DNA from: Candidatus Hydrogenedentota bacterium
GTDB lineage: Bacteria; Hydrogenedentota; Hydrogenedentia; Hydrogenedentales; SLHB01
NCBI GenBank assembly: GCA_963668025.2
Contig: CAXXTH010000018.1
Location: 64,001-128,000 of the forward strand
Direction: 5' to 3'
DNA length: 64,000 bases
How positions within the stretch are numbered: position 1 is the first letter of the stretch; each line of letters begins with the position of its first letter. This document shows, in pieces, positions 1 through 9,391 of this stretch. The notes under the pieces are model-generated. The model was given only the letters and a program-made list of their open reading frames with translations, was not told the DNA's origin and did no database searches. The position numbers and the translations under genes were made by a program.

Positions 1-1
1 G

Positions 2-511
2 GTGGAGTTGACGGATTTCTCGGTGTTCTACTCGCAGGACTCGATAGCGAACGCGGAAGCGGCCATCAAGAACAAGGGCAGCCGGATCGTGGTCGAGAAG
101 GGCCAGATCGTGAAGGTGAGCAAGGATGAGCATGGGATCACCACGCGGGAAGTGCTGACCCGAAGCTGGACCGATTGGGTGGATTACTGGGCGGTGGACT
201 TCAATTTCGAGAGCAAGCGGGAGATCATCCGGGTGCAGAAGCCGTTTCCCGGCCAGGGCGCGCTCGAAGGCGTCGAGCCGCCGCAAGGGGAGCTTGCCGA
301 ATATGAAGAGGTGTGGACGGGGGATTACGTCTTCGAGAACGAGTGGCAGAGTTTCCGCACCAAGAAGGACCGTTCCCTGGAACTGAAGAGCGTCTTCCAC
401 GAATGCACGCCGGGGCGTCGGAAAATCGCCGTGAAAGTGGTGGATATTTTCGGCAACGACACGATGACCATCGTGGAGGTGAGTGTCGGAAAGAACGGAG
501 GGAAAAGGTAG
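2..511 (+). CDS. Type III restriction-modification DNA methyltransferase (Mod), C-terminal part; gene starts before the window
   Basis: C-terminal block WTDWVDYWAVDFNF...FENEWQSFRT...KIAVKVVDIFGND typical of type III Mod subunits; lies upstream of a Res gene. Confidence 0.85.
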   Translation: MELTDFSVFYSQDSIANAEAAIKNKGSRIVVEKGQIVKVSKDEHGITTREVLTRSWTDWVDYWAVDFNFESKREIIRVQKPFPGQGALEGVEPPQGELAEYEEVWTGDYVFENEWQSFRTKKDRSLELKSVFHECTPGRRKIAVKVVDIFGNDTMTIVEVSVGKNGGKR

Positions 512-1332
512 TGGCGAAGATCACGGTGTTGAGCAGCGAGATCACGGTCTATACCCAAAACAAAGAAGATTACATCTGTCTCACCGATATTGCGAAATAT
601 AAGAACACCGAGGGGAGCGATGACCTGATCCGCAATTGGCTGCGAAACCGGAACACGATAGAGTTTCTAGGCGTCTGGGAACACCTGAACAACCCGGAGT
701 TTAAACCCGTCGAATTCGACGGGTTTAGAAGGCTTGCGGGGCTAAATAGTTTCACATTGACGCCCAAGCAGTGGATCGAAAAAACGAATGCCATTGGCAT
801 CGTATCCAAGCCCGGCCGCTATGGCGGCACCTATGCCCACAAAGATATCGCCTTTGAATTTGCCTCTTGGATATCCGTCGAGTTCAAGCTGTATCTGATC
901 AAAGAATTCCAGCGGCTCAAAGATGAGGAACTTAAGCAGCTTGGATGGGATATCCGGCGCAATCTCGCTAAGATCAACTACCGGATTCACACGGATGCGA
1001 TCAAAGCGAACTTGGTCCCGCCGGAACTGAGCGCACGCCAAACCAGTTTGGTCTACGCTTCGGAAGCGGATGTACTGAACATGGCGCTTTTTGGCATGAC
1101 GGCGAAAGACTGGCGAGACAAGAATCCAAACAAGAAGGGCAATATCCGTGATTATGCGGATGTATCGCAACTGGTGTGTCTTTCAAATCTGGAAAACTTG
1201 AATGCGTTGTTCATCCAGGAAAAGAAGCCGCAAGCGGAACGTCTCCGCAAACTAAACCAGATCGCCATCCAACAGATGAAACTGCTCACGGAAAACCCAA
1301 CCATCCACAGGCTTGAGGAGAAAGGCAAATAA
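511..1332 (+). CDS. KilA-N domain DNA-binding protein
   Basis: DYICLTDIAK, IRNWLRNRNTIEFLG, GRYGGTYAHKDIAFEFASWISVEF motifs; GTG start at 511 overlaps the mod stop (TAGTG) and its TAA overlaps the res ATG. Confidence 0.88.
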   Translation: MAKITVLSSEITVYTQNKEDYICLTDIAKYKNTEGSDDLIRNWLRNRNTIEFLGVWEHLNNPEFKPVEFDGFRRLAGLNSFTLTPKQWIEKTNAIGIVSKPGRYGGTYAHKDIAFEFASWISVEFKLYLIKEFQRLKDEELKQLGWDIRRNLAKINYRIHTDAIKANLVPPELSARQTSLVYASEADVLNMALFGMTAKDWRDKNPNKKGNIRDYADVSQLVCLSNLENLNALFIQEKKPQAERLRKLNQIAIQQMKLLTENPTIHRLEEKGK

Positions 1333-4025
1333 TGGCTGTACACCCGAATTTCCCCGAATCTCCCCACGCGATCCTTGATCCTGGCGTCCGGTGGTTTCCC
1401 GCCGATGAGGCGTTGCGCGAGACCAGCATGGAAAAGCTCATGCCGCCGCTGGTGGCGGAATTGCGCCGCAAGGTGAAAGAGTTCCGGGACGGTGGATACG
1501 CAGGCGCGGCCGACACCAGCCGGAGCCTGCTTCACTGGTGGTTCAACACGCCGCATTTACTGCCGAAGTCCGACGGCGCGATGGTGGAGTTTGAATACTA
1601 CTTCGCCCAACGGGAAGCGCTGGAGACCATCATCTACCTGTACGACGTGGTGGGCGTTCAGGACAAGCATGACCTGATGCGGTTCGATGCAAGCGGCCTG
1701 GTGTCGGGGAGCATGTTTGATGAAACCTGGCGGCGGTTCGTGGTGAAGATGGCGACGGGGAGCGGCAAGACCAAGGTCTTGAGCCTCGTGCTGGCGTGGA
1801 GTTTTTATCACAAGCTGTACGAACCCGAATCGGAACTGGCGCGCAACTTCTTGGTGATCACGCCCAATATTATCGTGTTGGACCGCATCTACAAGGACTT
1901 TCAGGGACTACGGATTTTTTTTGAAGACCCCGTGATCCCAGATAACGGTTATGACGGGCGCAACTGGCGCGATGATTTCCAATTGACGCTGCACGTGCAG
2001 GATGAAGTCCGCGTGACGCACCATACGGGCAATATCTTTCTGACCAACATCCACCGGGTGTATTCGGGGGAGGATATCCCGCCATCGCCGGATGACGAGA
2101 ACACGATGGACTATTTCCTGGGCAAGCGGCCCACAGGCGCGACCACGGATTCCAAGGTGGACCTGGGCATGATCGTGCGGGACATTAGCGAATTGATGGT
2201 GCTGAATGACGAGGCGCACCATATCCACGATCCGCGCATGGCTTGGTTCAAGTCCATCGAGGACATCCATAACCGATTGAAACAGAAGGGGTCCGCCCTT
2301 TCCATGCAGGTGGACACGACGGCCACGCCGAAACACAACAACGGGGCCATTTTTGTTCAGACCGTGGCCGATTATCCGCTCGTGGAAGCCATTTCACAGA
2401 ATGTTGTCAAGCATCCTGTCCTGCCTGATCCCGCAAGCCGGGCGAAGCTAAGCGAACGGCCAAGCGCGAAATACACCGAGAAATACGCGGATTACATTCA
2501 TCTGGGCGTGATCGAATGGCGGAAGGCCTATGCCGAACACGAGAAGATGGGCAAGAAGTCGATCCTTTTCGTGATGACGGATGACACCCGCAATTGTGAT
2601 GATGTGGCGCAGTTTCTCGAAGCGAACTACCAGGATCTGAAAGATGCAGTGCTCGTGATTCACACCAAGAACAATGGCGACATTTCGGAATCCGCATCGG
2701 GCAAGGACAAGGAAGAACTAGACAAGCTGCGCAAACAAGCCAATGAGATCGACAGAATGGATAGTCCATACAAGGCCATAGTCTCCGTGATGATGCTCAA
2801 AGAAGGATGGGACGTAAGGAACGTCACCACCATCGTGGGCCTGCGGGCTTATGCTGCACAGAGCAATATCTTGCCTGAGCAGACGCTAGGCCGTGGTTTG
2901 CGCAAGATGTATCCGGGGGACGTGAAAGAGTATGTGAGCGTGGTCGGCACAAACGCCTTCATGGACTTTGTGGAATCCATACAGGCCGAAGGGGTGGTGC
3001 TCGAACGCAAGGCGATGGGCGAAGGAACGGGGCCAAAGACACCGCTTGTGATTGAAGTCGATAGAGACAATGAGAAGAAAGACATCAACGCGCTGGACAT
3101 CGAAATCCCGGTGCTGAGTCCCCGTGTCTACCGGGAGTACAAGAACCTGAGCAATTTGGACATCGCCGCGATGGAGCATCAGCGAGTGCTTTATCTACAG
3201 TTCAGCGCGGAAGAGCAGCGGGAGATCGTCTTCAAAGACATTACCACCGGCGAGATCGCCCATACCACCATCCTGGATACAGCGGGCATTGCGGACTACC
3301 GGAGTGTAATCGGCTATTTCGCACAAAACATCATGCATGATTTGAGACTGGTCAGCGGCTACGATGTGTTATATGGGAAGATCAAGGCATTTGTCCAGGA
3401 AGAGTTGTTTGGCCGCACGGTAGATCTGAATGATCCGAACACATTGCGCAATCTCTCGGAACTGGCCGCCACCAAGACGCTGATTGAGACATTCAAAAGA
3501 GCGATAAACGCCTTAACCGTCCAAGAAAAGGGCGATGCGGAAATCCGAGACACCATCAAGCTGCGCCAGACTCGCCCCTTCGTTACCAAAGAACAAGGTT
3601 ATATCGTACCGAAGAAAAGCGTCTTCAATCGTATCGTTGGCGACGGGAGCTTGGAGCTTCTGTTTGCCGCATTCCTGGAAGATTGCAGCGATGTGGTTTC
3701 TCACGCAAAGAACTACATGGCCGTTCATTTCAAGCTGGACTACGTGAATGCAGATGGCGACATTTCCAACTACTATCCGGATTTTCTGGTTAAGCTGTCT
3801 GATAAACGGGTGATCATTGTCGAAACCAAAGGGCGGGAAGACTTGGATGTACCGTTGAAGATGGCGCGACTGCGGCAATGGTGCGAAGACATCAACCGGA
3901 TTCAGACGGAAGCCGTGTATGACTTTGTCTATGTAGACGAGGAGAATTTCGAGAAATTTAGGCCTTCTTCATTCCGGGAATTGTTGGAAAGCTTCAAGGA
4001 ATACAAATTGGGCGAACCCATTTGA
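1332..4025 (+). CDS. Type III restriction enzyme Res subunit (SF2 helicase plus PD-(D/E)xK nuclease)
   Basis: Walker A MATGSGKT, DEAH box (NDEAHH), LKEGWDV, EQTLGRGLR, C-terminal YYPDF...IVETKG nuclease motif. Confidence 0.92.
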   Translation: MAVHPNFPESPHAILDPGVRWFPADEALRETSMEKLMPPLVAELRRKVKEFRDGGYAGAADTSRSLLHWWFNTPHLLPKSDGAMVEFEYYFAQREALETIIYLYDVVGVQDKHDLMRFDASGLVSGSMFDETWRRFVVKMATGSGKTKVLSLVLAWSFYHKLYEPESELARNFLVITPNIIVLDRIYKDFQGLRIFFEDPVIPDNGYDGRNWRDDFQLTLHVQDEVRVTHHTGNIFLTNIHRVYSGEDIPPSPDDENTMDYFLGKRPTGATTDSKVDLGMIVRDISELMVLNDEAHHIHDPRMAWFKSIEDIHNRLKQKGSALSMQVDTTATPKHNNGAIFVQTVADYPLVEAISQNVVKHPVLPDPASRAKLSERPSAKYTEKYADYIHLGVIEWRKAYAEHEKMGKKSILFVMTDDTRNCDDVAQFLEANYQDLKDAVLVIHTKNNGDISESASGKDKEELDKLRKQANEIDRMDSPYKAIVSVMMLKEGWDVRNVTTIVGLRAYAAQSNILPEQTLGRGLRKMYPGDVKEYVSVVGTNAFMDFVESIQAEGVVLERKAMGEGTGPKTPLVIEVDRDNEKKDINALDIEIPVLSPRVYREYKNLSNLDIAAMEHQRVLYLQFSAEEQREIVFKDITTGEIAHTTILDTAGIADYRSVIGYFAQNIMHDLRLVSGYDVLYGKIKAFVQEELFGRTVDLNDPNTLRNLSELAATKTLIETFKRAINALTVQEKGDAEIRDTIKLRQTRPFVTKEQGYIVPKKSVFNRIVGDGSLELLFAAFLEDCSDVVSHAKNYMAVHFKLDYVNADGDISNYYPDFLVKLSDKRVIIVETKGREDLDVPLKMARLRQWCEDINRIQTEAVYDFVYVDEENFEKFRPSSFRELLESFKEYKLGEPI

Positions 4026-4297
4026 GCCAACGAAGGGCCTTTCCTGCGGTTCCCTCCCAAGACTTCAACAGACCCGGCCTTATGCGTGGTCTCTTCTTGC
4101 GCCTGGGATTGCGATCAGATTTGACGGTTCATCAAGCATGTTTACGGCAGCTTGTGTACGGACTGTCGACAGATCGCGTACCGTAGGGCCTTTATGCTTC
4201 ATCCGACCCACGTCGCCGGGTGTTGCACCGGGTGTTGCCTAATTGGATCTCCCGTAGTTCTTCCCCCAACGCTGGCATTCCCCGGGCCACGCCTGCG

Positions 4298-4826
4298 TTA
4301 TGCTTCGTCCTTCGTGAAACCTATCCGGCGGCGCTCCTTGGGCGGCGGCGTCATGAGCGCGCGCACGGCCTGCACCAATTGCCTTTATGGATTCGTCATG
4401 CTCTCCCATGCGCCTTTCAACGGCGTCTAGACGGGCGGCCAGATCCTTATGTTCAACCAGGACGCGGCGCATACGTACGAAGGCCCGCACCACGTACACG
4501 CTCATTTCCACGGCCCGCTTCGAGTTCAGGACGTTGGCGGCCATGATGGCCCCATGCTCCGTGAAGGCGTACGGCAGTGTGCGGCGTCCGCCACGTCCGC
4601 CCGTGTTTGCGGTCACAATTTGTGACCTCAAATCCGTAGACTCCTGCTGGGTAAGGAGAAACATGAAGTCTTGCGGGAACCGTTCCGCGTTGCGCTTGAT
4701 GGCTTGGTTGAGGGCCTTCGTGGGCACACCGTACAACTCGGCAAGGTCCGCATCGAGGATCACGCGCTCGCCGCGTATGGTGTGGATAACGGCCTCGATG
4801 CTCTCAATCGGGGTGGCGCTTTTCAT
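4298..4826 (-). pseudogene. ORF6N-domain DNA-binding protein with a +1 frameshift near its C-terminus
   Basis: IRGERVILDADLAELYGV...NQAIKRN.ERFP.DFMF.L, PYAFTEHG; removing one base near 4376 restores a family-like ending VQAVRALMTPPPKERRRIGFTKDEA* (stop at 4298-4300). Confidence 0.75.
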
Positions 4827-6095
4827 GCGCGGCTCCCCTTGGCGCTCTGGAAGTCGATCACTTTCGCGGGTGCATCGAGCACATTCACCGCGGCTTGCGT
4901 TCGGGCTGGGCTCAAATGCGCGTATCGTAAGGTCATTTTCAAGTCCGCATGTCCGAGCAATTCGCGGATGGTGTTCAAGTCCACGCCCCCCATGGCTAGC
5001 TTCGAGGCGAACGAATGCCTTAGATCGTGAAATCGAAAACCTTCAATCTTCGCGTCTTTCATGAGGGCTTCCCATGAGGATGTCACGTTGTCAAGGCGTT
5101 TGCCGGTCTTGGGGCTTGGGAACACAAGGCCTTGTCCGCTGGCCTGTGCGCGCCATTGCTCGAACACTTGCCTGAGCGCGGCGCACATGGGAACGTGGCG
5201 CATCCGCTGAGATTTAGCGGATTCGGGGCGTATGGTGATGGTGTTCTGGTCGAAATTGATGTCTGTCCATAACAGGCTGAATGCTTCGCCCCGGCGCATG
5301 CCTGAATAGAGCACGGCCAAGGTAAGGGGCTTCAGATAGTCCGTGAAGGCCAGTCCGCTCAAGTCGGGCAATGTGGGATAGCGCCTCTGCTTTGCCCATG
5401 TAATCATGCGAGCCCGCTCTTCCCGCTGCTTTGCTTCGCGGGCGGTCGAGGGCTTCGAGCAAGCGGGCCTCTTCCGCTGCATCGAGATATCGAACGCGGC
5501 CAGGGTCTTCCCTGTGTCGTGATACCTTCCCTGCGATGGCATTGACTTCGATGAATCCCCATTTGTGGGCGCGGGCCATGAGAGCCTTGATCATTTCCGC
5601 GTATCGATTTGCGGCGGTTCGCTTGCCAGCTTTCGTGTACTCGGTTCGTATCTTCTCAACGTGAAACGCGGATATGGCGCTCAGCTTGGTGTTGAGCAAT
5701 CCCTTGAACGCCATGCGGATTTTCCGCTCGATGGCTTCTCCTGTGCGAAGATGTTCACAAAGCCACGGGCTGTAGTGTTCGGTCAGGAACTGGTCAAGGG
5801 TCAAATCCTTGCGGGCCTCTTGCTTCTCTTCCTGCACATCCGCACCTAACGCAACCTTGCCCAATTGCTGGGCGGCCACGGCGCGGGCTTGGACCAATGT
5901 GTATTTGTCGGCGCTACCGATTGTATACCGCTTCCGCTGGCTTGCCGCGTTGCGATAGAGCAAGCAAAAGGTTTTCTCGCCCGATGGCCGAACACGAAGG
6001 ATAAACCCCTTTTGCTCTGAATCCGGTATGCAGTACTCCCGCTCTTTAGGTTGCGCTTTATCGACTACTGAAGCCGTCAATTTTAACCGCGCCAT
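4823..6095 (-). pseudogene. Tyrosine recombinase/integrase with N-terminal arm-binding domain, split by a +1 frameshift near 5444
   Basis: N-half MARLKLT...GFILRVRPSGEKTF...YTIG; C-half SGMRRGE, SAKS, FHDLRH, LGH, TLRYAH; deleting one C gives contiguous ...LEALDAREAKQ...; AAAGGAG RBS before ATG 6095. Confidence 0.85.
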
Positions 6096-6110
6096 GATGT
6101 GCTCCTTTCC

Positions 6111-6130
6111 GGGGATCCACAGGGGATCCA
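6111..6130. repeat. Tandem GGGGATCCA direct repeats, candidate integrase arm-type binding sites
   Basis: GGGGATCCA at 6111-6119 and 6122-6130 (11-bp period) between the integrase start and the att core. Confidence 0.5.
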
Positions 6131-6258
6131 AGGAAAAGATACCACGGGAAACATTCAGTGTCAAGAGGAATCTTTGAAATGAGGGAAAAAGCCAACAATA
6201 TTGGGGTATTTTAAGTGTATCAGTGTAGGGTGTTGTTACTCTGAAAACGATATTTGGT

Positions 6259-6307
6259 GTGGCTGTTAACCACTAGGTCACAGGTTCGAGTCCTGTCCGC
6301 GGAGCCA
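6259..6307 (+). tRNA. Truncated 3' portion of tRNA-Asn(GTT), att duplication and not a functional tRNA
   Basis: GTGG-CTGTTAA-CCAC anticodon arm, ACAGG-TTCGAGT-CCTGT T arm, CCGCGGA-G-CCA acceptor 3' strand; no 5' acceptor strand or D arm upstream. Confidence 0.88.
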
Positions 6308-6342
6308 TAAATTTTGCGGGGAACTTTTGGCCCCGATGAGGT

Positions 6343-6386
6343 AACGCAAAAGGCCCCGTCGCGAAAGCAACGGGGCTCTTTGCGTT
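6343..6386 (+). terminator. Rho-independent terminator hairpin downstream of the tRNA end
   Basis: AACGCAAAAGGCCCCGT...ACGGGGCTCTTTGCGTT inverted repeat. Confidence 0.65.
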
Positions 6387-6540
6387 TAGCGTTGCGTCCA
6401 AAAAATTTACATGATGGCGGAAAGCGGGGCGGAATTCTCTGGTTCGAAAGAGAACGACCGGGGGTCGAAGGCAACCCCCACGGTTGCGATCAGATCCCGA
6501 AGAGACACGCCAAAACTCTCCGATTCTCTGTTGAACAACC

Positions 6541-6568
6541 CTCTCTAGATTAACAACCCTTTCGAACT
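6541..6568 (+). repeat. 28-bp direct repeat, copy 1 (left of the UPF0489 gene)
   Basis: CTCTCTAGATTAACAACCCTTTCGAACT; 24/28 identical to 7439-7466. Confidence 0.8.
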
Positions 6569-6681
6569 GCCTCAGCTTTCGCGGATGTGTTATACTGCAC
6601 TCCGACCATGTGTAGACTGTCAGGTGAATCGTTCAAAACTTTATTAAGCCGCTAGAACAGCCATTAAAGGCAAGCACCATT

Positions 6682-7416
6682 ATGAATGTACTCGACATTG
6701 ATCTCGATTTCTTCTTAGACGAGCGCGTCACAACACCTCTTCCTCCCGTTCGCCCGTCCGACAATGACTATATTCCTTGGACTACCGATGCCGTCGAGAC
6801 CTTTCTGACTGATTGTTGCAGACTTGACCCGAACAGGCCATTGCCGGGCGCCATCGTCACAGAGCATCATGAGTTGTTCGCGATTTGGAAAAAACTAATT
6901 TCCATGGATCAACTTGCTATCCCATTCAACTTGGTCCACGTCGATGCCCATGCAGATATGGGGATGGGTAACGGAAGTCCTAGTTACATTTCGGGTAACC
7001 TGCTGCATATGGAAGTAGCCCAACGCACAAATCCCAACGATTTACACTCTGGCAATTATGTCGCGTTCGCCATGTCATGCCGGTGGATACATTCATTCAC
7101 GTACGTCCATCATCCGAAAATGCGTCAGGAAAACTTAGGAAAACACGATATCCCTGATATCTTCGTCAAGGATGACAATCATCTCCAATTCAAGATACTG
7201 CCTCGCGAGTCGGTTGACGGCATTCACCGATATCAGGAATATGTACCGTTACGACTAGAGCCGGAAATACCGATTAACTTGATTCCGGGCGCAGACTTCG
7301 CGACGGATACCGGATTCTCATTTATGTTTGTAGCTCGCTCACCCAGATACACTCCACCGTCGGCAGATAAGTTAGTTGCTATATTGAAACAATTCATTAT
7401 TCCACTGCCCTGTTGA
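6682..7416 (+). CDS. UPF0489 family protein (arginase/deacetylase-like metal motifs)
   Basis: LDIDLDFF, EHH, HVDAHADMG, ARSPRYTP motifs. Confidence 0.75.
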   Translation: MNVLDIDLDFFLDERVTTPLPPVRPSDNDYIPWTTDAVETFLTDCCRLDPNRPLPGAIVTEHHELFAIWKKLISMDQLAIPFNLVHVDAHADMGMGNGSPSYISGNLLHMEVAQRTNPNDLHSGNYVAFAMSCRWIHSFTYVHHPKMRQENLGKHDIPDIFVKDDNHLQFKILPRESVDGIHRYQEYVPLRLEPEIPINLIPGADFATDTGFSFMFVARSPRYTPPSADKLVAILKQFIIPLPC

Positions 7417-7438
7417 ACCTCTCTTCATCAACCTGCCA

Positions 7439-7466
7439 CTCTCTAGATTAATAACCTTTTTGCACT
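7439..7466 (+). repeat. 28-bp direct repeat, copy 2 (right of the UPF0489 gene)
   Basis: CTCTCTAGATTAATAACCTTTTTGCACT; like copy 1, preceded nearby by CTGTTGAAC. Confidence 0.8.
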
Positions 7467-7811
7467 CGACAAGCGAATGCAAGTCCGCCATCCGCATATG
7501 GGAGCCAGTGGCCTGCGCGACGCGCTGATGTTTCATCATCGGGCGACGATCAGCAGCTAAACAAGCCGAACACGTAAACGCCCTTATTCTTTACGCGGTA
7601 TCTTTCAATCGATTCCCACTTTTCAAGGGCAGCAAGGCTGCGCGTTACGCGCTTTTCGGATTCGAACAGATGAAGAGGTTGACGAGACGGGGCGTGGTAT
7701 TTGTCTTGCGCCATGCCCTCGCTCTATCCCATTGGATGCTAGACCTGTTCGTGTCTCAATACGGGCAATAGAACCAACTGCAAACCCTTGTCCAGGCGCC
7801 GGGCCCGCCAC

Positions 7812-8825
7812 TCAAACGGGCACCGATGCAACGGAGCCGCGTTCCATCAATTCCACACGGATCATCCGCTTAAGGAATCTTCCTTTGTTTTCCCCGTTAA
7901 TGACTTGCAGAAGCACTTCAGCGCATTGCCTTCCCAAGTTGAAGGGGAATATAGACACGGTGGTCAAGGACGGGCTTACGATGGAGGCCATCTGGATATC
8001 GTCGAACCCGGCAACACTGACATCATCTGGGACGCGAAGGCCCAGTTCGTGCGCCGCGCGGTAGACGCCGAAGGCCACCAGATCGTTGTAGCAGAGAAGC
8101 GCCGTGGGACGCGGCGTTCTGTTGCTAAGGACATCTAGAGCGGCCTCGTAACCGCCCTGCCAGGAGGCGGCCTCGACATGCATGGATTCCCGGTAGGGGA
8201 GGTTTTTGTTTACAAGGCCCTCCATGAATCCGAGCAGCCGTTCCTTTGCCGAGGTCCAGGTAGCAGGCCCCATTAAGTGGACAATTTCCCGGTGGCCGCG
8301 CTCGATAAGGTACTCCGTGGCCAAACGGCTTCCCCGCCTGTCTTCAAAATCGATAGTATGCGTCTCCAAACCAGGTACGGGGCCTATCGTCACCAAAGCC
8401 TTGCCCGAGTCCATGATCTGCCGCAAGTACGAGTGGTCTTCGTTCTCCTGCATGGCGGCCACGATGAAGCCAGACAACTCATAACGCTGTAATTCCGCGA
8501 AAATGGCTCCATCTTCTTCCGCGAGGGTGAGATCCGAGACTTGGTGCAGAAGGTGGTATCCTGCTGTACGCAAAACTTCGGTTGCGCCGACAATCGCTTC
8601 TGTATAAATGGGATTGTTAATGTCGGGAACCACCATCCCGACCATTTTCGAGAAATATCCCATAAGCGTACGAGTGACAGCGGGATGACGCAGATTGTGC
8701 TTTCGGATGGCTTCCAGCACCCTCTGGCGGCTACTCTCACGAACGGACGATTTGCCTCTTAGAACTGCTGATACCGTTACGCTAGACACGCCCGCCAATT
8801 CAGCAATCTCTTTTATGGTACCCAT
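7812..8825 (-). CDS. LacI family transcriptional regulator
   Basis: N-terminal HTH TIKEIAELAGVSSVTVS; sugar-binding domain with GLRVPDDVSVAGFDD and PSLTTV; alternative start 8837. Confidence 0.93.
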   Translation of the reverse strand: MGTIKEIAELAGVSSVTVSAVLRGKSSVRESSRQRVLEAIRKHNLRHPAVTRTLMGYFSKMVGMVVPDINNPIYTEAIVGATEVLRTAGYHLLHQVSDLTLAEEDGAIFAELQRYELSGFIVAAMQENEDHSYLRQIMDSGKALVTIGPVPGLETHTIDFEDRRGSRLATEYLIERGHREIVHLMGPATWTSAKERLLGFMEGLVNKNLPYRESMHVEAASWQGGYEAALDVLSNRTPRPTALLCYNDLVAFGVYRAAHELGLRVPDDVSVAGFDDIQMASIVSPSLTTVSIFPFNLGRQCAEVLLQVINGENKGRFLKRMIRVELMERGSVASVPV

Positions 8826-8867
8826 AGACCTTTCCATACGGTGTTAATTGTATAGTAAAACACTTCC

Positions 8868-8896
8868 ATGATAGGTAGAAACTTCATAAAAGTCAA
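8868..8896 (-). promoter_or_regulatory. Sigma70 promoter of the LacI gene
   Basis: Minus strand TTGACT-N17-TATCAT. Confidence 0.7.
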
Positions 8897-9110
8897 GTTA
8901 TCCAGACTATATTGCAAGCTTACTATTTTATATTTCAAACAGTTTTCGCGATAAGATTTTTATAAAAAATAAATACGATAAGTTCTATTATCAATAAATT
9001 CTATTACTAATTCATGTACGCCTGTATATAAAACAACACATATCTTATATAAAGGATTCCTTTGCGATTTTAAAAGTTTATATTTTATAAAGTTTACAAC
9101 AAAAAACTAC

Positions 9111-9139
9111 TTGACAAAATATAAACTTTCTGCTAGATT
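9111..9139 (+). promoter_or_regulatory. Sigma70 promoter of the DUF1559-GRE-glycosidase operon
   Basis: TTGACA-N17-TAGATT with extended -10 TG. Confidence 0.75.
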
Positions 9140-9391
9140 AACGACAGGTTCACTAATGAAAGCCGCCGAACAAGCAAATATATCTACATATAACCAGTTT
9201 TGTTCTGGCATGACCAAGAATTGGCCATCCGTGAAGATGCGGGGGTAGTTTTTCAAAGGGTTTGCGCATGTACCAGTGAGTGCAGAGTCCAGAAATGTGG
9301 CCATACGGTTTTGTTTGGCGGAGTGGATGGCGGTCTGGATGAGTTCCAAGGCAATAATAGGCAGAGAGTCGAAAGGAGGAGGACACATATC

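Larger units (their letters stand above)
1..6307. mobile_element. Right end of a tRNA-Asn-integrated genomic island (defence cargo plus integrase)
   Basis: Integrase directly beside a duplicated tRNA 3' half; R-M, KilA-N and ORF6N cargo; left end is outside the window. Confidence 0.8.

Noticed and set aside
313-510. N-terminal extension of the 339-aa ORF
   Set aside because: Overlaps mod in another frame; KilA-N similarity begins at GTG 511.
6220-6553. Short ORFs across the att/tRNA region and a possible complete tRNA
   Set aside because: The ORFs cross a tRNA fragment and terminator; the tRNA lacks its 5' half.
7410-7470. Integron attC site after the UPF0489 gene
   Set aside because: No proper RYYYAAC/GTTRRRY inverted pair or attC hairpin, and the nearby integrase is not IntI-like.
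9200-9391. Upstream extension of the DUF1559 ORF
   Set aside because: Strong RBS and the prepilin motif place the start at 9392.
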